A stretch of DNA of 64,000 bases from Squalus acanthias. Its lineage: Eukaryota. The DNA is taken from the NCBI GenBank assembly GCA_030390025.1, contig CM059432.1, positions 27,654,001 through 27,718,000 on the forward strand, read 5' to 3'. Shown piece after piece: positions 24,060 through 37,885 of the stretch. The translations under genes and the position numbers were made by a program. A model generated the notes under the pieces. It did no database searches. It had not been told where the DNA came from and saw only the letters and a program-made list of their open reading frames with translations. How positions within the stretch are numbered: position 1 is the first letter of the stretch; the number at the start of each line of letters is the position of its first letter.

Positions 24060-25315
24060 ATAGTAGACCTATGACTAAGGTCAGAACATGGAGAGTCAGG
24101 GGACAAGTAGCAGGATGGATAGCAAGCTTGCTACAAAGCAGAAAACAGAGAGCAGGGGTTAAAGGTAGTTATTCAGATGACAAAAAGTGTGACGTGGTGT
24201 TCCACCATTGGTACTGGAACCACTGTTGTTCACCATTTACATAAATGATTTGAACTCGGGAATCGGAAGTACAAATTCAAAATTTGCAGACAACACCAAA
24301 TTAAGGGGTATAGTTAATACAGGACTGCGATAAAATACCAGAAGACATTGATAAACTTGCAGAATGGGTATGTAATTGGCAAATGAACTTCAATATAGAT
24401 AAGTGTGAGGTGGTACAGTTGGTAGGAAGAATAAGGAGGCCACATACACCTTGGAAAATAAGAGTCTAAATGGGGTAGAGGAGCAGAGAGATCTTGGGGG
24501 GGGTACAGATACACAAATCACTAAAAGTAGCGACACAGGTTAATAAGGCCATAAAAAAGCGAACAAAGCACTCAGTTCCAGAGGGATAGAATTGAAAAGC
24601 AGAGTAGTTATGTTACCTTGGTTAGACCACACTTGGAGTACTGTGCACAATTCTGGTCTGCATATTATAAAAAGGATATAGAGGCACTTGAGAAGGTGCA
24701 AAAAATATTTGCTCAGTTGGTAGCACACTCGCCTTTGAGTCAGAAGGTTGTGAGTTCCAGTCCCACTCCAGGGACTCGAGCACATAAAGCTAGACTGACA
24801 CTCCAGTGCAGTGCTGGGAGTGCTGCACTGTCGGAGGTGCCGTCTTTCGGATGAGATGTTAAACCGAGGCCCTGTCAGCTCTCTCAGGTGGATGTAAAAG
24901 ATCCCATGGCACTAGTTCGAAGAGGAGCAGGGGAGTTATCCCCAGTGTCCTGGCCAATATTTATCCCTCAATCAACATAACAAAAACAGATTATCTGGTC
25001 ATTATCACATTGCTGTTTGTGGGACCTTGCTGTGCGCAAATTGGCTGCCGCGTTTCCCACATTACAACAGTGACTCCACTTCAAAAGTACTTCATTGACT
25101 GTAAAGCGCTTTGAGACGTCCGGTGGTCGTGAAAGGCGCTATATAAATGCAAGTCTTTCTTTTGCCAAAACTGAGAGGTTATACCTATCAGGAAAGATTG
25201 AACAGGCTGGGACTCTTTTCTCTAGAAAAGAGAAGACTGAAGGGTCACCTGATAGAGGTCTTTAAGATTATGAAAAGATTTGTTAGGGTAGGCGTAGAGA
25301 AGATGTTTCCACTTC
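24060..25315 (+). mobile_element. Degenerate CR1 RT fragment interrupted by a SINE
   Basis: KFADNTK, VRPHLEYCAQFWS, GYTYQERLNRLGLFSLEKRR. Confidence 0.85.
24710..25162 (+). mobile_element. tRNA-derived Deu-domain SINE (SacSINE1/AmnSINE1-related) with L2-type tail
   Basis: GCTCAGTTGGTAGCA tRNA head, GGTGCCGTCTTTCGGATGAGATGTTAAACCGAGG core, GGCGCTATATAAATGCAAG tail. Confidence 0.85.
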
Positions 25316-25554
25316 AAGAGACGCCTTACAATAAAATTACAATAACAACTCGCATTTATACAGCGCCGTTAACAACTCAAGGCTCTTTACAAAGGCGCAA
25401 CCAGACAAGAATTGATACCCAGCAATATGTTTTGCTAGCAAAATGAACAGAGGAATTCTTCACAGACGGAGTCACGATGTCCTGCCACATCCAGGGTACA
25501 GAAGCATCCATTGTGTCTAGTGTTGCTAACAGGGTATGGTAAAGTAGTGGTAGT

Positions 25555-25995
25555 AAAGAAAGAAAGACTCGCATTTATATAACGCATTTCACAACCTCAG
25601 GGTGTTCCAAAAGGCTTTACAATCAATGAAGGACTTTTGAACTGTCGTCACTGTTGTAATGCAGGAAACACGGCAGCCAATTTGCATACTGCAGGGTCCC
25701 ACAGACAGGAATGATAGCGACCAGATATTCTGTCTTTTGGTGATGTTGCTTGAGGGATAAATATTGGCCAGGACACCAGGAAGAACTCGCTGCACTTCTT
25801 CGAAAATGTCCACCTGAGAGGGCAGCCGGCTTCAGTTGAACATCTCATCCGAAAGACAGCACCTCTGACAGTGCAGCACTTCCTCAGTACTGCACCGGAG
25901 TGTCAGCTCAGATTTTGTGCACAAGTCTCTGGAGTGGAACCTGAACCCACAATTTTCTGACTCAGAGGCGAGAGTGCTACCACTGAGCCACGACG
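25555..25995 (-). mobile_element. Deu-domain SINE (same family)
   Basis: Reverse-complement match to 24710-25162. Confidence 0.85.
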
Positions 25996-26154
25996 AGCAC
26001 TGTGTAGTAGAGCCGTGGGACATTTTACTATGTTAAAGGTGCTTTATAACTGCAAGTTGTTCTTGTTGTTATGTTATTGGAATAGTAATCCAGACGCTTG
26101 TACTAATAATTCAGAGAACGTGAGTTCCTGCCACTTTGAGAATTTGAACTCAGT

Positions 26155-28947
26155 TTAAAAAATGGGCGTGTAATTCGCAAATGAACTGCAATATAGATAA
26201 GTGTGAGGTAGTACATACTCCTTGGAAAATAATTGTCTAAATGGGGTAGAGGAACAGAGGGATCTGGGGAACCGATATACAAATCACTAAAACTAGCAAC
26301 GCAGGTTAATAAGGCCATAAAAAAAGCGAATAAAGCACTGTGGTTCATTTCTAGAGGGATAGAAATGAAAAGCGGAGAAGTTATGTTAAACTTGTATGGA
26401 ACTTTGGTTAGACCACATTTGGAGTACTGTGAATAGTTCTGGTCTGCATATTATAAAAAGGATATAGAGGCTCTGGACAAGATGCAAAAAAGATTTACTA
26501 GGATAATACCAGAACTGAGAGGTTATACCTATCAGGAAATATTGAACATGCTGGGGCTAGAAGATTGAGGGGTGACCTGATAGAGGTTTTTAAGATTGTG
26601 AAAGGGTTTGATAGGGTAGACGTAGAGAAGATGTTTCCACTTGCGGGAGAGACCAGATAAACAGGCCATAAATATAACATAGTCACTAATAAATCCAATA
26701 GGGAATTCAGGAGAAATTTCTTTATCCAGACATTGGTTAGAATGTGGAACTCGCTAACACAAGCAGTAGTTGAGGTGACTAGCATTTAAGGGGAAGCTAT
26801 AGAAACACATGAGAGAGAAAGGAATAGAAGGGTATGTTGATGAGGTTAGATGAAGAAGGATGGGAGGAGCCTTTTTTTATTCATTCAAGGGATGTGGGCG
26901 TGGCTGGCAAGGCCAGCATCTATTGCCCATCCCTAAATGCCCTTGAGAAAATGGTGGTGAGCCGCTGCAGTCCGTGTGGTGAAGGTACTCCCATAGTGCT
27001 GTTAGGTGGGGAGTACCAGGATTTTGACCCAGCGACGATGAAGGAATGACGCTATATTTCCAAGTCAGGATGGTGGAGGTGGTGGTGGTGTTCTCATGCG
27101 CCTGTATCCTTCTAGGTGGAAGAGGTCACGGGTTTGAGAGGTTCTGTCAAAGAAGCTTTGGTGAGTTGCTACAGTGCATCTTGTAGATGGTGTACACTGC
27201 AGACACGGTACGCCGGTGGTGGAGGGAGTGCCAATCAAGCGGGTTGCTTTGTCCTGGATGGTGTCGAGCTTCTTGAGTGTTGTTGGAGCTGCACTCATCC
27301 AAGCAAGTGGACAGTATTCGATCACATTCCTGACTTGTGCTTTACAGATGGTGGAAAGGCTTTTTGGAGTCAGGAGGTGAGACACTTGCTGCAGAATACC
27401 CAGCCTATGACTTGCTCCTGTAGCCACAGTATTTATGTGGCTGGACCAGTTAAGTTTCTGGTCAATGGTGACCCCCAGGATGTTGTTGGTGGGGGATTCG
27501 GCAATGGTAATGTCGTTGAATGTCAAGAGGAGGTGGTTAGACTTTCTCTTGCTGGAGATAGTCATTGCCTGGCACTTGTGTGGCGTGAATGTTACTTGCC
27601 ACTTATCAGTCCAAGCCTGAATATTATCCAGGTCTTGCCGCATGTGGGCACAGACTGCTTCATTATCTGAGGAGTTGTGAATGGAACTGAACACTGTGCA
27701 ATCATCAGCGCACATCCCCACTTCTGACCTTATAATGGAGGTAAGATCATTGATGAAGCAGCTGAAGATGGTTGGGCCTAGGACACTGCCCTGAGGAACT
27801 CCTGCAATGATGTACTGGGTTTGAGATGATTGGCCTCCAACAACCACAACCATCTTACTTTGTGCTAGGTATGACTCTAGCCAGTGGAGAGGTTTTCCCC
27901 TGATTCCCATTGACTTCAATTTTATTGGGGCTCCTTGCTGCCACACTTGGTCAAATGTGGCCTTGATGTCACTCTCACCTCACCTCTGGAAATCAGCTCT
28001 TTTGTCCATGTTTGGACCAAGGCTGTAATGAGGTCTGGCGCTGAGTGGTCCTGACGGAACCCAAACTGAGCATTGGTAAGCAGGTCATTGGTGAGTAAGT
28101 GCCGCTTGATAGCACTGTTGATGACACCTTCCATCACTTTGCTGATGATTGAGAGTAGACTGATGGGGCGGTAATTGGCTGGATTGGATTTGTCCTTTTT
28201 TTGTAGACAGATCATACCTGAGCAATTTTCCACATTGTCAGGTAGATGCCGGTGTTGTAGCTGTACTGGAACAGCTTGGCTAGAGGAGCAACTAGTTCTA
28301 GAGCCCAAGTCTTCAGCACTGCAACTGGGATGTTGTCGGGGCCCAGAGCCTTTGCTACATCCAGTACACTCAGTCATTTTTTGATATCACATGGAGTGAA
28401 TCGAATTGACTGAAGACTGGCTTCCGTGATGGTGGGGACCTCAAGAGAAGGCCAAGATGGATCATCCACTCGGCACTTCTGGCTGAAGATGGTTGCAAAT
28501 GCTTCAGCCTTGTCTTTTGCACTCAAGTGCTGGGCTCTTCCATCATTGAGGATGGGGATGTTCATGGAGCCTCCTCCTCCCATTAGTTGTTTAATTGTCC
28601 ACCACCATTCACAACTGGATGTGGCAGGACTGCAGAGCTCTGAGCTGATCCATTGGTTGTGGGATTGCTTAGCTCTGTCTATAGCATGCTGCTTCCACTG
28701 CTTAGCATGCATGTTGTGCTGTGTTGTAGCTTAACCAGGTTGGCACCTCATTTTTAAGTGCTCCAGGTGCTGCTCCTGGCATGCTCTTCTGCACTCCTCA
28801 TTGAGGGTTGGTCCCCTGGCTGGATGGTAATAAAGGTAGAGTGAGGAATATGCTGGGCCATGAGGTTACAGATTGTGGTGGAGCATAAACACTGGCATAG
28901 GTCTGTTGGGATGAATGGCCTGTTTCTGTACTGTAAATTCTATGTAT
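26155..28947 (+). mobile_element. CR1 3' portion split in its 3' UTR (26155-26870 and 28878-28947) by another LINE
   Basis: GGGAGGAGC...GTGGAGCATAAAC rejoin across the insert. Confidence 0.8.
26871..28877 (-). mobile_element. Second CR1/L2-group LINE family ('family 2'), RT and C-terminus
   Basis: [38 protein letters not shown]; distinct 3' end ...GCCAGCCACGCCCACATCCCTTGAATGAATAAAAAAA. Confidence 0.9.
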
Positions 28948-29139
28948 ATACATTAGAGAAGCGTTGACTAAGGGTCGATTTGATTGAGCTGTATAAAATA
29001 ATGAAAGGACTAGATTATTTCACGTTGACAAATTATTTCCATTAGATAGGTTGAGATGATTTGCATAAATTACGCAAGAGAAGAAATAGGTTAGGTGTTA
29101 GGCAGTTGTTCTTTTCCCAGAGAATAGTGGACTTTTGGA

Positions 29140-30467
29140 ACAAATTGATAAAGCTGTTAAAAAGCATATGGAATTCTTGGCTTTATAAATAGAGGCATAT
29201 TACAAAAGATGGGAAGTTATACTAAACCTTTATAAATCACTGGTTAAGCCTCAGCTGGAGTATTGTGTCCAATTCTGGGTACCACACTTTAGGAAGGATG
29301 TGTGCAGAGGGTGCAGAGGAGATTTAACAGATTGATACCAGAGATTAGGGACTTCATGTGTTGAACATTCACGCCACACAAGTGCCAGGCAATGACTATC
29401 TCCAACAAGCGAGAGTCTAACCACCTCCTCTTGACATTCAACGGTATTACCATCGCCAAATCCCCCACCATCAACATCCTGGGGGTCACCATAGACCAGA
29501 AACTTAACTGGACCAGCCACATAAATACTGTGGCAACAAGAGCAGGTCAGAGGCTAGGTATTCTGTGGCGAGTGTCTCACCTCCTGACTCCCCAAAGCCT
29601 TTCCACCATCTACAAGGCACAAGTCAGGAGTGTGATGGAATACTCTCCACTTGCCTGGATGAGTGCAGCTCCACCAACACTCAAGAATCTCGACACCATC
29701 CAGGACAAAGCAGCCCACTTGATTGGCACCCCATCCACCACCTTAAATATTCACTCCCTCCACCACCGGCGTACCGTGGCTGCAGTGTGTACCATCTACA
29801 AGATGCACTGCAGCAACTCGCCAAGGCTTCTCCGGCAGCACCTCCCAAACCCGCGACCTCTACCACCTAGAAGGACAAGGGCAGCAGGCGCATGGGAACA
29901 CCCTCCCTAACAGCACTGTGGGAATACCTTCACCACGCGGACTGCAGCGGTTCAAGAAGGCGGCTCACCACCACCTTCTCAAGGGCAACTAGCGATGGCC
30001 AATAAATGCTAGCCTTGCCAGCGACGCCCAAATCCCATAAAACGAATTAAAAAAAAACGAATGACCGGAGAAGCTGGGATAGTTCTCTTTAGAGCAGAGA
30101 AGGCTAAGGGGAGATGTTGAGGTGTTCAAAATTATGATAGAGTAATTAAGGAGAAGCTGTTTCCACTGGGAGGAGCGTTGATAACCAGATAACACAGATA
30201 TAAGAAAAGTGACAAAAGAACCAGAGGGGAGATTAGGATAATTTTTTTACGTAGCACGTTGTTATGATATGGAAAGCACTGGCTGAAAGGGTAGTGGAAG
30301 CAGATTCAATAGTAACTTTCAAAATGGAATTGCATATATTATTGAAAAGCAAAACAATTGCACGACTATTGGAAAGAGTACAGGAGTGGAACTAATTGAA
30401 TAGCTGTTTTAAAGAGCCGGCACAGGCAGGATGGGCCGAATGACCTCCTACTGTGCAGTATGATTCA
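29140..30467 (+). mobile_element. CR1 3' fragment interrupted by a family-2 LINE 3' fragment (~29362-30057, +)
   Basis: CR1 motifs flank ORF 29392-29910, which matches family 2. Confidence 0.8.
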
Positions 30468-30704
30468 CTGATTCGAAGTTGCCGGTTTGTGCAGTGAGTG
30501 CTGATTCACTGTATACCTTCAAAAGTGGGTTGAATTTGTGGAGCTGCTGCGGCACAAAACCTAAAAGACGCAGTTCTCCTGGGCTGTGAGAAGCAGCACC
30601 CGGGAGATTCATGTCCCATTCCAGGACGCACAGCAACCTTAAGCACAGCAAACGTGGACCAGCTGAAACTGTTCCATGTGCTGGATCCATTTGACACCCC
30701 TGCA

Positions 30705-30965
30705 TTAAACCGAGGCCCGGTCTCTCCTCTTGGATGGATTAAAAAATCCCATTGCACTTTTTGAAGAAGAGCAGGGGAGTCCTCCCAGTGTCCTGGCCAA
30801 TATTTATCCCTCAACCAAAATCACTAAAACAGATTATCTGGTCATTATCTCATTGCTGTTTATGGGACCTTGCTGTGTGCAAATTGGTTGCCACATTCCC
30901 TACATTATAACAATAAATACACTTCAAAAGTACTTAATTGGCTGAGATTGTGAAAGGTGCGATAT
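30705..30965 (+). mobile_element. Partial Deu-domain SINE
   Basis: TTAAACCGAGGCCC...GTCCTGGCCAATATTTATCCCTCAA matches 24860-25100. Confidence 0.8.
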
Positions 30966-31685
30966 AATTTTTAAAAATTAATTCCTGGGATGTGGGCTTC
31001 GCTGGCAAGGCCAGCATTTATTGCCCATCCCTAATTGCCCTTGAGAAAGTGTTGCTGAACCGCCTTCTTGAAATGCTGCAGTCCGCGTGGTGAATGTATC
31101 CCATAGTGCTGTTAGGGAGGGAGTTCCAGGATTTTGACCCAGCGATGATGAATGAACAGCGATATATTTCCAAGTCAGGATGGTGTGTGACTTGGAGGGG
31201 AACTTGGAGGTGATGGTGTTCCCATGCGCCTGCTGCCCTTGTCCTTCTAGGTGGTAGAGGTCGTGGGTTTGGGAGGTGCTGCTGAAGAAGCTTTGGCGAG
31301 TTGCTGCAGTGCATCTTGTAGATGGTACACACTGCAGCCACGGAGCGCCGGTGGTGGAGGGAGTGAATGTTTAATGTGATGGATGGGGTACCAATCAAGC
31401 GGGCTGCTTTGTCCTGGATGGTGTTGAGCTTCTTGAGTGTTGTTGGAGCTGCACTCATCCAGGCAAGTGAAGGGTATTCCATCACACTCCTGACATGTGC
31501 CTTGTAGATGGTGGAAAGGCTTTGGGGAGTCAGGAGATGAGACACTCGTCGCAGAATACCCAGCCTCTGACCTGCTCTTGTTGCCATAGTATTTATGTTA
31601 AGTTTCTGGTCAATGGTAACCCCCCAGGATGTTGATGTTGGGGGGGATTCAGTGATGGTAATGCCGTTGAATGTCAAGGGGCGGT
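30966..31685 (-). mobile_element. Family-2 LINE 3' fragment
   Basis: ORF 31018-31869: GVTIDQKLN...KSWNSLP. Confidence 0.88.
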
Positions 31686-32128
31686 TCTTTCTTTCTAAAA
31701 AGCAATTCCTTGGCTGTGAAGCACCTTGGGACATCCTATGGATGTGGAAGGGACTATATAAATTCAAGCTTTCTATTCTTCTTTTATGACACAGGTGCTG
31801 GTCCAGCTTTAGTATTATTAAAAGATTTAACAAGATGTCTCGTCTTCTTTTTTTGTGTCGAGGAGGCACAAGATAGAAATTCTGTCACCTAATCTATTGT
31901 TTATAGCCCAAGTCATCTGGTCTGATGAAATGTTTATTCTTCTCCTAATTGAAGACTAGAGCACAAGAGAGCTGGCATCAATTCAGTAAGCTATTACAGT
32001 AACAAGAGCTCCTGTTTGATACCACATTACCAGATAGTAGGGGGAATATTCCTTTGCCCTTCTCCTGGGGAATCAGCGATGATATATAGGTTGAATCTTG
32101 TCGTGCACCTGAGATAACAAACTGTACA

Positions 32129-34334
32129 GGGCCAAAAATTCGTGGCCACCACGAGAGTTGCCGATGTCACCGCGGGCTTGGGTTAGCGACTGCTGAAAAT
32201 GGACGAAGCGCTACCAGAGAAAAATTCGCACTGGGGGCTAAAGATTTTTAGCCCAGCGTTAAAGAACCGTGTAATGCCCTCCTGCGTTAGTGCAGGCATC
32301 AGAGGCCAAGTTCCCATCCAGGAACGTCATTCCAGCTTCCAACGCTCTCTGGAATCGAGGCAATACAGTTCGGTAGGCATTGTGGGAAATTAAAAGGGCA
32401 ATGCATTAAAAGCCTTCTGAACTAATAAAAATAAAAATGAAGTAAAAAAATGCAGTTTTCAGCCCTTACTGCCTTTAAAAAAAAAATTAACATTAAAAAG
32501 AAGTCCCAAATGGGAGTCTTCAGCTTTTAAAGCTGAATTCCCTTCCAAACCTCAAAAAATGGGAAAAGTGCATCAGCACTAACACAAAAGACTCAGCAAG
32601 CCAGGGAAGGGGCACAAAGGGTCTCCCACGCAGTACTTCAGCTTTGTGCAGGGGGTCAACACTGCAAGAGAGGTCCTCTACCCACAGGGGCCAGGAGGCC
32701 CTCCAGAAAGAACGATGTGGGACTTCATCAACGAGGCCGTCACTGCCAGCAATGTCACCCCCACCACCTGGCTCAGACCACTGGTCAAGGTCAGTGAATG
32801 CATCTTCAAAAGCCGTCTCCCACCAACTGCACCATTAACCTCACACACTTCTCAATGCACAACTCCCCCCCACTGTAATCACCCACCTACCAACAAGCTG
32901 TACCAATCACGAAGCACATCTCCCATTCCTTGCCTCACCTCAACCCCTTGGAGGAGGTGATGCAAGCTATTCTTGGCAGGGGCATGGATGAGCTCTTGGC
33001 CAGAGGCGGGCAGAAAGGATACAAGATGCTGGTATCCTCATACATTATCCTCCTTCTGGCATGCATCTCTTGCTTTCCCGCCCTCCCCTCACCACAAATC
33101 CACCCTTGTGCCTTCCTCATTTCAAACACCCAAGAAGTGCAGCCTGCCCAGCCAGTTGTTGGCCAAGAAGAGGGAGAGGAGAGTGAAGAAGAAGAAACAC
33201 TGTCACTCGATTTGATACTCCCAGCCACCAGCCGCCAGCTCCTCAAGGTCAACCAGCAAGGCCATTTGCAGTGTCCCCCACTGAAAGTCAGCAGCCTTAC
33301 CAGCCATGCTGCAGCCACTGGGGTAGCACTGTGTGACGTCAGTAGGATAGGCAAAGGCACACACAAGACAGTCACTAAGAGAATGCATAATGGTGATGAG
33401 TTCCTTTCTTGATGTCATATTGGATGGATAGATATATAAAGTTGGATTGGAAAGTTTGCTTTGTGGTGGCTTTTATTTCAGCATTGTGGCCAAGAGGACG
33501 CTGTGATGGTCAGTAACAGAGGGAAGGTGAGGTGTGGGACAAATGTTGAAAGGAGAATTGGGGTTGTGGTCACTGGTACCGCAGGTGGATGATTCCATTC
33601 CGGATATCCCTGCCAGAAAGAGTCTGTCTGAGTTGCTTCCTCCTCTTCTGTTTTCTCCTCTTTGGCTTCTTCCTCTTCTGCTTCTTCCTCTTCTGCTTCT
33701 GCGAGTGGATGTTGTAAATCTGAAATGGCAGCATAATTGCTGGAAATACTCAGCAGGTTAGGCAGCATCTTGACCTGAGACGTGAATTCTGTTTCTCTCT
33801 CGACCAATGTTGCCTGACCTGCTGTGTATTTGCAGCATTTTCTGTCTTCTCAGAGGCCTTTCTTTACCATCCAAGGCCTTGCAAGCATCCAGCAGCACTC
33901 CCTACATACTTAGAAAACTTTAAACATCTATTGCAGCGAGCCACTACAGCAATAAATTTTTGAAAAAAGAGTCGAAAAGCTTAAATGCAAACTTAACTGA
34001 AAGATGTGTGCGTCCCTTTAAGAGGTGCTGACAGCGCCTCTGTCAGTCTGCTGCACACTCGGTTTACATGGGGAGCTTAGGACCCAGCACTGAACACAGC
34101 GCAAAGGTCCAAGTTCGCCGTGGTGACGTTAAGTCGGCATTGCATGCCGACTGATGTCACCTCTCCCTCATTTTAATTTGCAGGGGGATAGATCTTACCG
34201 GCAGTGCTGACAGACCTGGGTAAATGCAGGATCCCGCGGGACCCACCACCAGCCAGCGAAAGAGCGGCGACCGCCCTATTTACACAATTTTTTTGCCGGT
34301 AACGGGTGGCATAAAGCCCTCGAATTTTTAGCCC
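32129..34334. mobile_element. Non-autonomous Harbinger derivative with Myb/SANT remnant (+, ~32600-33250)
   Basis: TIRs GGGCCAAAAATTCG / CGAATTTTTAGCCC (1 mismatch). VQGVNTAREVLYPQG...WDFINEAV resembles the Myb exon 1 at 41.9 kb. No clear TSD. Confidence 0.75.
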
Positions 34335-34648
34335 TCTGTTTTTTTAGATGATTTAATTTACTGGTTCTATGCCATTACCTCCACAGGATTATGCAACTAA
34401 TCAAGTTTGTTAAACAATGAATGAGCAATGACATAAACATAACACATATTTACAGTAGTTAAACTTTAATAATAACATATATACTAAAAAATAGTAAATC
34501 ATTCACTAAATGTGTTAAAACTATGACTAATTAACTTGTTTTAGTAATCCTTTCCTCAGCAACTAATGAAAATATTCTGACCTATATTTTTCTCTTCAAA
34601 CATTCTAGTTAGTTAACTTCTCTTTGAAGATTTCAGGTCAAACTCATT

Positions 34649-36010
34649 GACCCTGATTTTGCGGTAGAAATAACGGTGAGGCTGTTAGCACTCACCATTA
34701 TTCCAACACACTCCTGGCTGGCCTCTCACATTCTATCCTACGTAAACTTGAGGTGATCCAAAACTCGGCTGCCCGTGTCCTAACTCACACCAAGTCCCGT
34801 TCACCCATCACCCCTGTGCTCACTGACCTACATTGGCTCCTGGTTAAGCAACGCTTCGATTTCAAAATTCTCATCCTTGTTTTCAAACCCCTCCATGGCC
34901 TCGCCTCTCCCTATCTCTGTAATCTCCTTCAGCCCCACAACCCCCCGAGATATCTGCACTCCTCTAATTCTGCCCTCATGAGCATCCCTGATTATAATTG
35001 CTCAACCATTGGTAACCGTGCCTTCTGTTGCCTAGGCCCTAAGCTCTGGAATTCCCTGCCTGAACCACTCTGCCTCGCTACCTCTCTTTCCTCCTTTAAG
35101 ACGCTCCTTAAAACCTAACTCTTTGACCAAGCTTTTAGTCACCTGCCCTAATTTCTCCTTATGTGGCTCGGTGTCAAATTTTTTATCTTTTAATACTCCT
35201 GTGAAGTGCCTTGGGACGTTTTACTACGTTAAAGGTGCTATATAAATACAAGTTGTTGTTGTTGTTGTTAAGTAGTAAATCGGACAGTAACATCCGGCGT
35301 CCACACATGCTCACTTAAAGACAGAAATCAGGAAGTTGCTGTCCGATTTGCCCTGCTCCTCCACAAGCTTCGCTCCAATAGTACCTCGCCAAGAGATGCG
35401 GAATTTACATACAGTACATGGAAGGGCATGAAGTTATGGTACTTACCCACTAGATACCCACTAAACACACCAGAAAAGGTTAGTGCTTGTCCATTCAAGT
35501 GTAAGTGAATTTTTAATGGCGTGATAAGTCTTATTTACTACCAAGCAACCTCTCCGGCACTGAAAATTTACTTTTACAAGCGTGGAGTCTCAATCCTTCA
35601 TATTTTAGTTATTGTTGGAGATTTTAAAAAACAATTAAAATTAAAAAAAATGTTTAAACTTTTTTTCTGTCTATTTTATATCTCTCTCTTAATCCCATCT
35701 TTCTTTCCCTCTCTTTATTTTGCTTTCTGTACATGATTTTACATTGAATTAAATATTCTAACTTACACTTCCTCCTGGTTTAGACTCTGCATGTCCCAGT
35801 AAGGATTCTTCAATCTGATTGGTTGAAGAGACACGCTGTTGCTTGCCCTGTTTACACAGGTCCCAGACCCCCTGAAGAGGGTACTGTGCTGATTTGGCCT
35901 CCCGATGTCCTAAAGGTGCCACGCAAAAGCCCACAAAAATTTTGTAGACAGCAGTAAGTGTAAGGAATGGGGAGCGCTGTTTGTTCACCGCTGACCGCAA
36001 AATTCGGGCC
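34649..36010. mobile_element. Harbinger-type MITE carrying an L2 insertion
   Basis: TIRs GACCCTGATTTTGCGGT / ACCGCAAAATTCGGGCC. Confidence 0.65.
34701..35269 (+). mobile_element. L2 LINE 3' fragment
   Basis: IQNSAARVLT...ITPVLTDLHWL...FKILILVFK...LWNSLP; tail GCTATATAAATACAAG(TTG)n. Confidence 0.92.
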
Positions 36011-37885
36011 GTTATTTGAAATCCTCAGGCTAAGAAATACACACACAAACAGCAGGCAGAGACAAACTGTTATTTAAATAAATGATTGTTATATTCAAAA
36101 AGTCAAAACATCAGAACTTTGTAGTGAATTAAGCTGGGAGATGATGGCATAAATATTTTGCTTTTGCGGATTTGGAGGGCATCTTTAATGTGACTGGGCT
36201 TCCACCCACCACAGAGACTCATTCCTGACCCTGGATGAACTTATTGCCTCAGGCTCGTGGCAGGCTCACTAACCTCCTCTGAACATTTTGCCTAGAGGGC
36301 CATGGAGGATGTCCACAATAGGCCTTAGAGGCCTGCTATAGCATTACAATGTCAGTGGCCACTCTGGTGGCCAAAGAGGTCTTTAAAAGAATCTTAAAAA
36401 TAAGGATGAAAAGTACTTAGGCCTATCTTTACACACTTTTAACACTTCTTTTTAAAAATGAGCTTTAGGGCCATTTAAACTTTAAATGGCCCTATGTTGT
36501 CCCTAGCAAAACTCCATACCATGGAAGAACAGGTGTTCCTTGTGTCGAGCATTTCTATGGGTATATCTGTTATTTGAATATAATTTCAAAACGCCTGCCA
36601 AAATATAACAAGGTTGCCATGGGGAAATCCAATGAGGGGAAAAATGGGTAGGGACACATCTTTATCTCATTTTCCACCCTGCACACCCCAGTTCTGTCAA
36701 TAAAATTATTGGAGGGGGGGGCATAAGATCTTTGGTTGATTTGTATGAATGAAGTATTTTTTATACCAACTACCATGATAAAGTTAACAGAGCCAATACC
36801 AAACTTAACCTTGGGCAAAAGCATAATTTGTTTCACAAGCTGGTAATGACCTTTCTGAAAGAATAAGTTAATTGAGCCGAAAGACATTCGTCATCTCTAT
36901 TTATTGTGTCATTCCTTCAGTTTTCCTTGTACTCAGTTAAACAAAAGATGTGGACAAGCTATTGTAAATCTAAAAAGAATTGCCACAAAAATTTCCGTAC
37001 ATAAAGATCCCAGGTTTGTTTCCCAGTCTATTTTGTGGATCTCACCTTCACAGTGCTGACATTCAGTATTCAGCAGCTCGCATGATGAATGGCCACTTGG
37101 GCAAAGTACTGGAGGACCACTGGTATTAGCGTGAGGCAGTCTTTCTCAGGGGAGAAGGAGGGAAGAAAAGTGACCAAAAGAAAACTCTTACTATTATCCA
37201 AGCTAAAGGACCAGAAGATCCTGTGACGATTCACCCTCAAGGAATTGAATTGCTCAGGTGGTGCAGATGAAGCTATAATCAGGATCAGTCCCACACTTGA
37301 TGCCAAGTGGCATCAACATTAAAAAAGTAGAAAAGTATTCCATTCTTAATGTGCAACTTGATGAGCACAAAAATAGAAAGAATAACTCTGATAAATAACC
37401 CTGATAATATAACGTGCTGTATCCGTTGTTTCCACTTTCCACATCATCTCACAACAAACTAAAATGAATGCTTTCCTTTCCTGGATCAGTCTGCCAGAAT
37501 TCAAGCATACATCCCTCAGGTATTTAAAATGCAGCCAAAAACTGATTGCAACCTTCCACCACCACATTATAGCAGAAAAGGCTGAATACTTCGGGTATGC
37601 AAGCAGAGGCTTGAAATCATTAAAAGATTTCCATCCCACTATTATGAAAGCAAGGAATTCACTTTGGAAGCATTAGGACAGCCACAGGCCAGAAGCAGCT
37701 CCAAGGATTTTATTGGAATCTTTATTGTTTAACTGTGCAGAGCTGACAGCTCAAAGAGCCAAAATACAAGAATATGGATGATCATCCTCAATTAACAGTG
37801 TCACAGATAGTTCTTAAAGGACATATGTATTGATCAGTAACAGTAATCAGATTCAGTAATATCGCTGCTAATAGTCTACAAAATA

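Noticed and set aside
22754..24106. 450-aa Cys/Gly-rich and 393-aa Pro/Gln-rich ORFs as keratin-associated or structural protein genes
   Set aside because: They are products of a 15-bp (multiple of three) tandem repeat inside a transposon, with no gene context.
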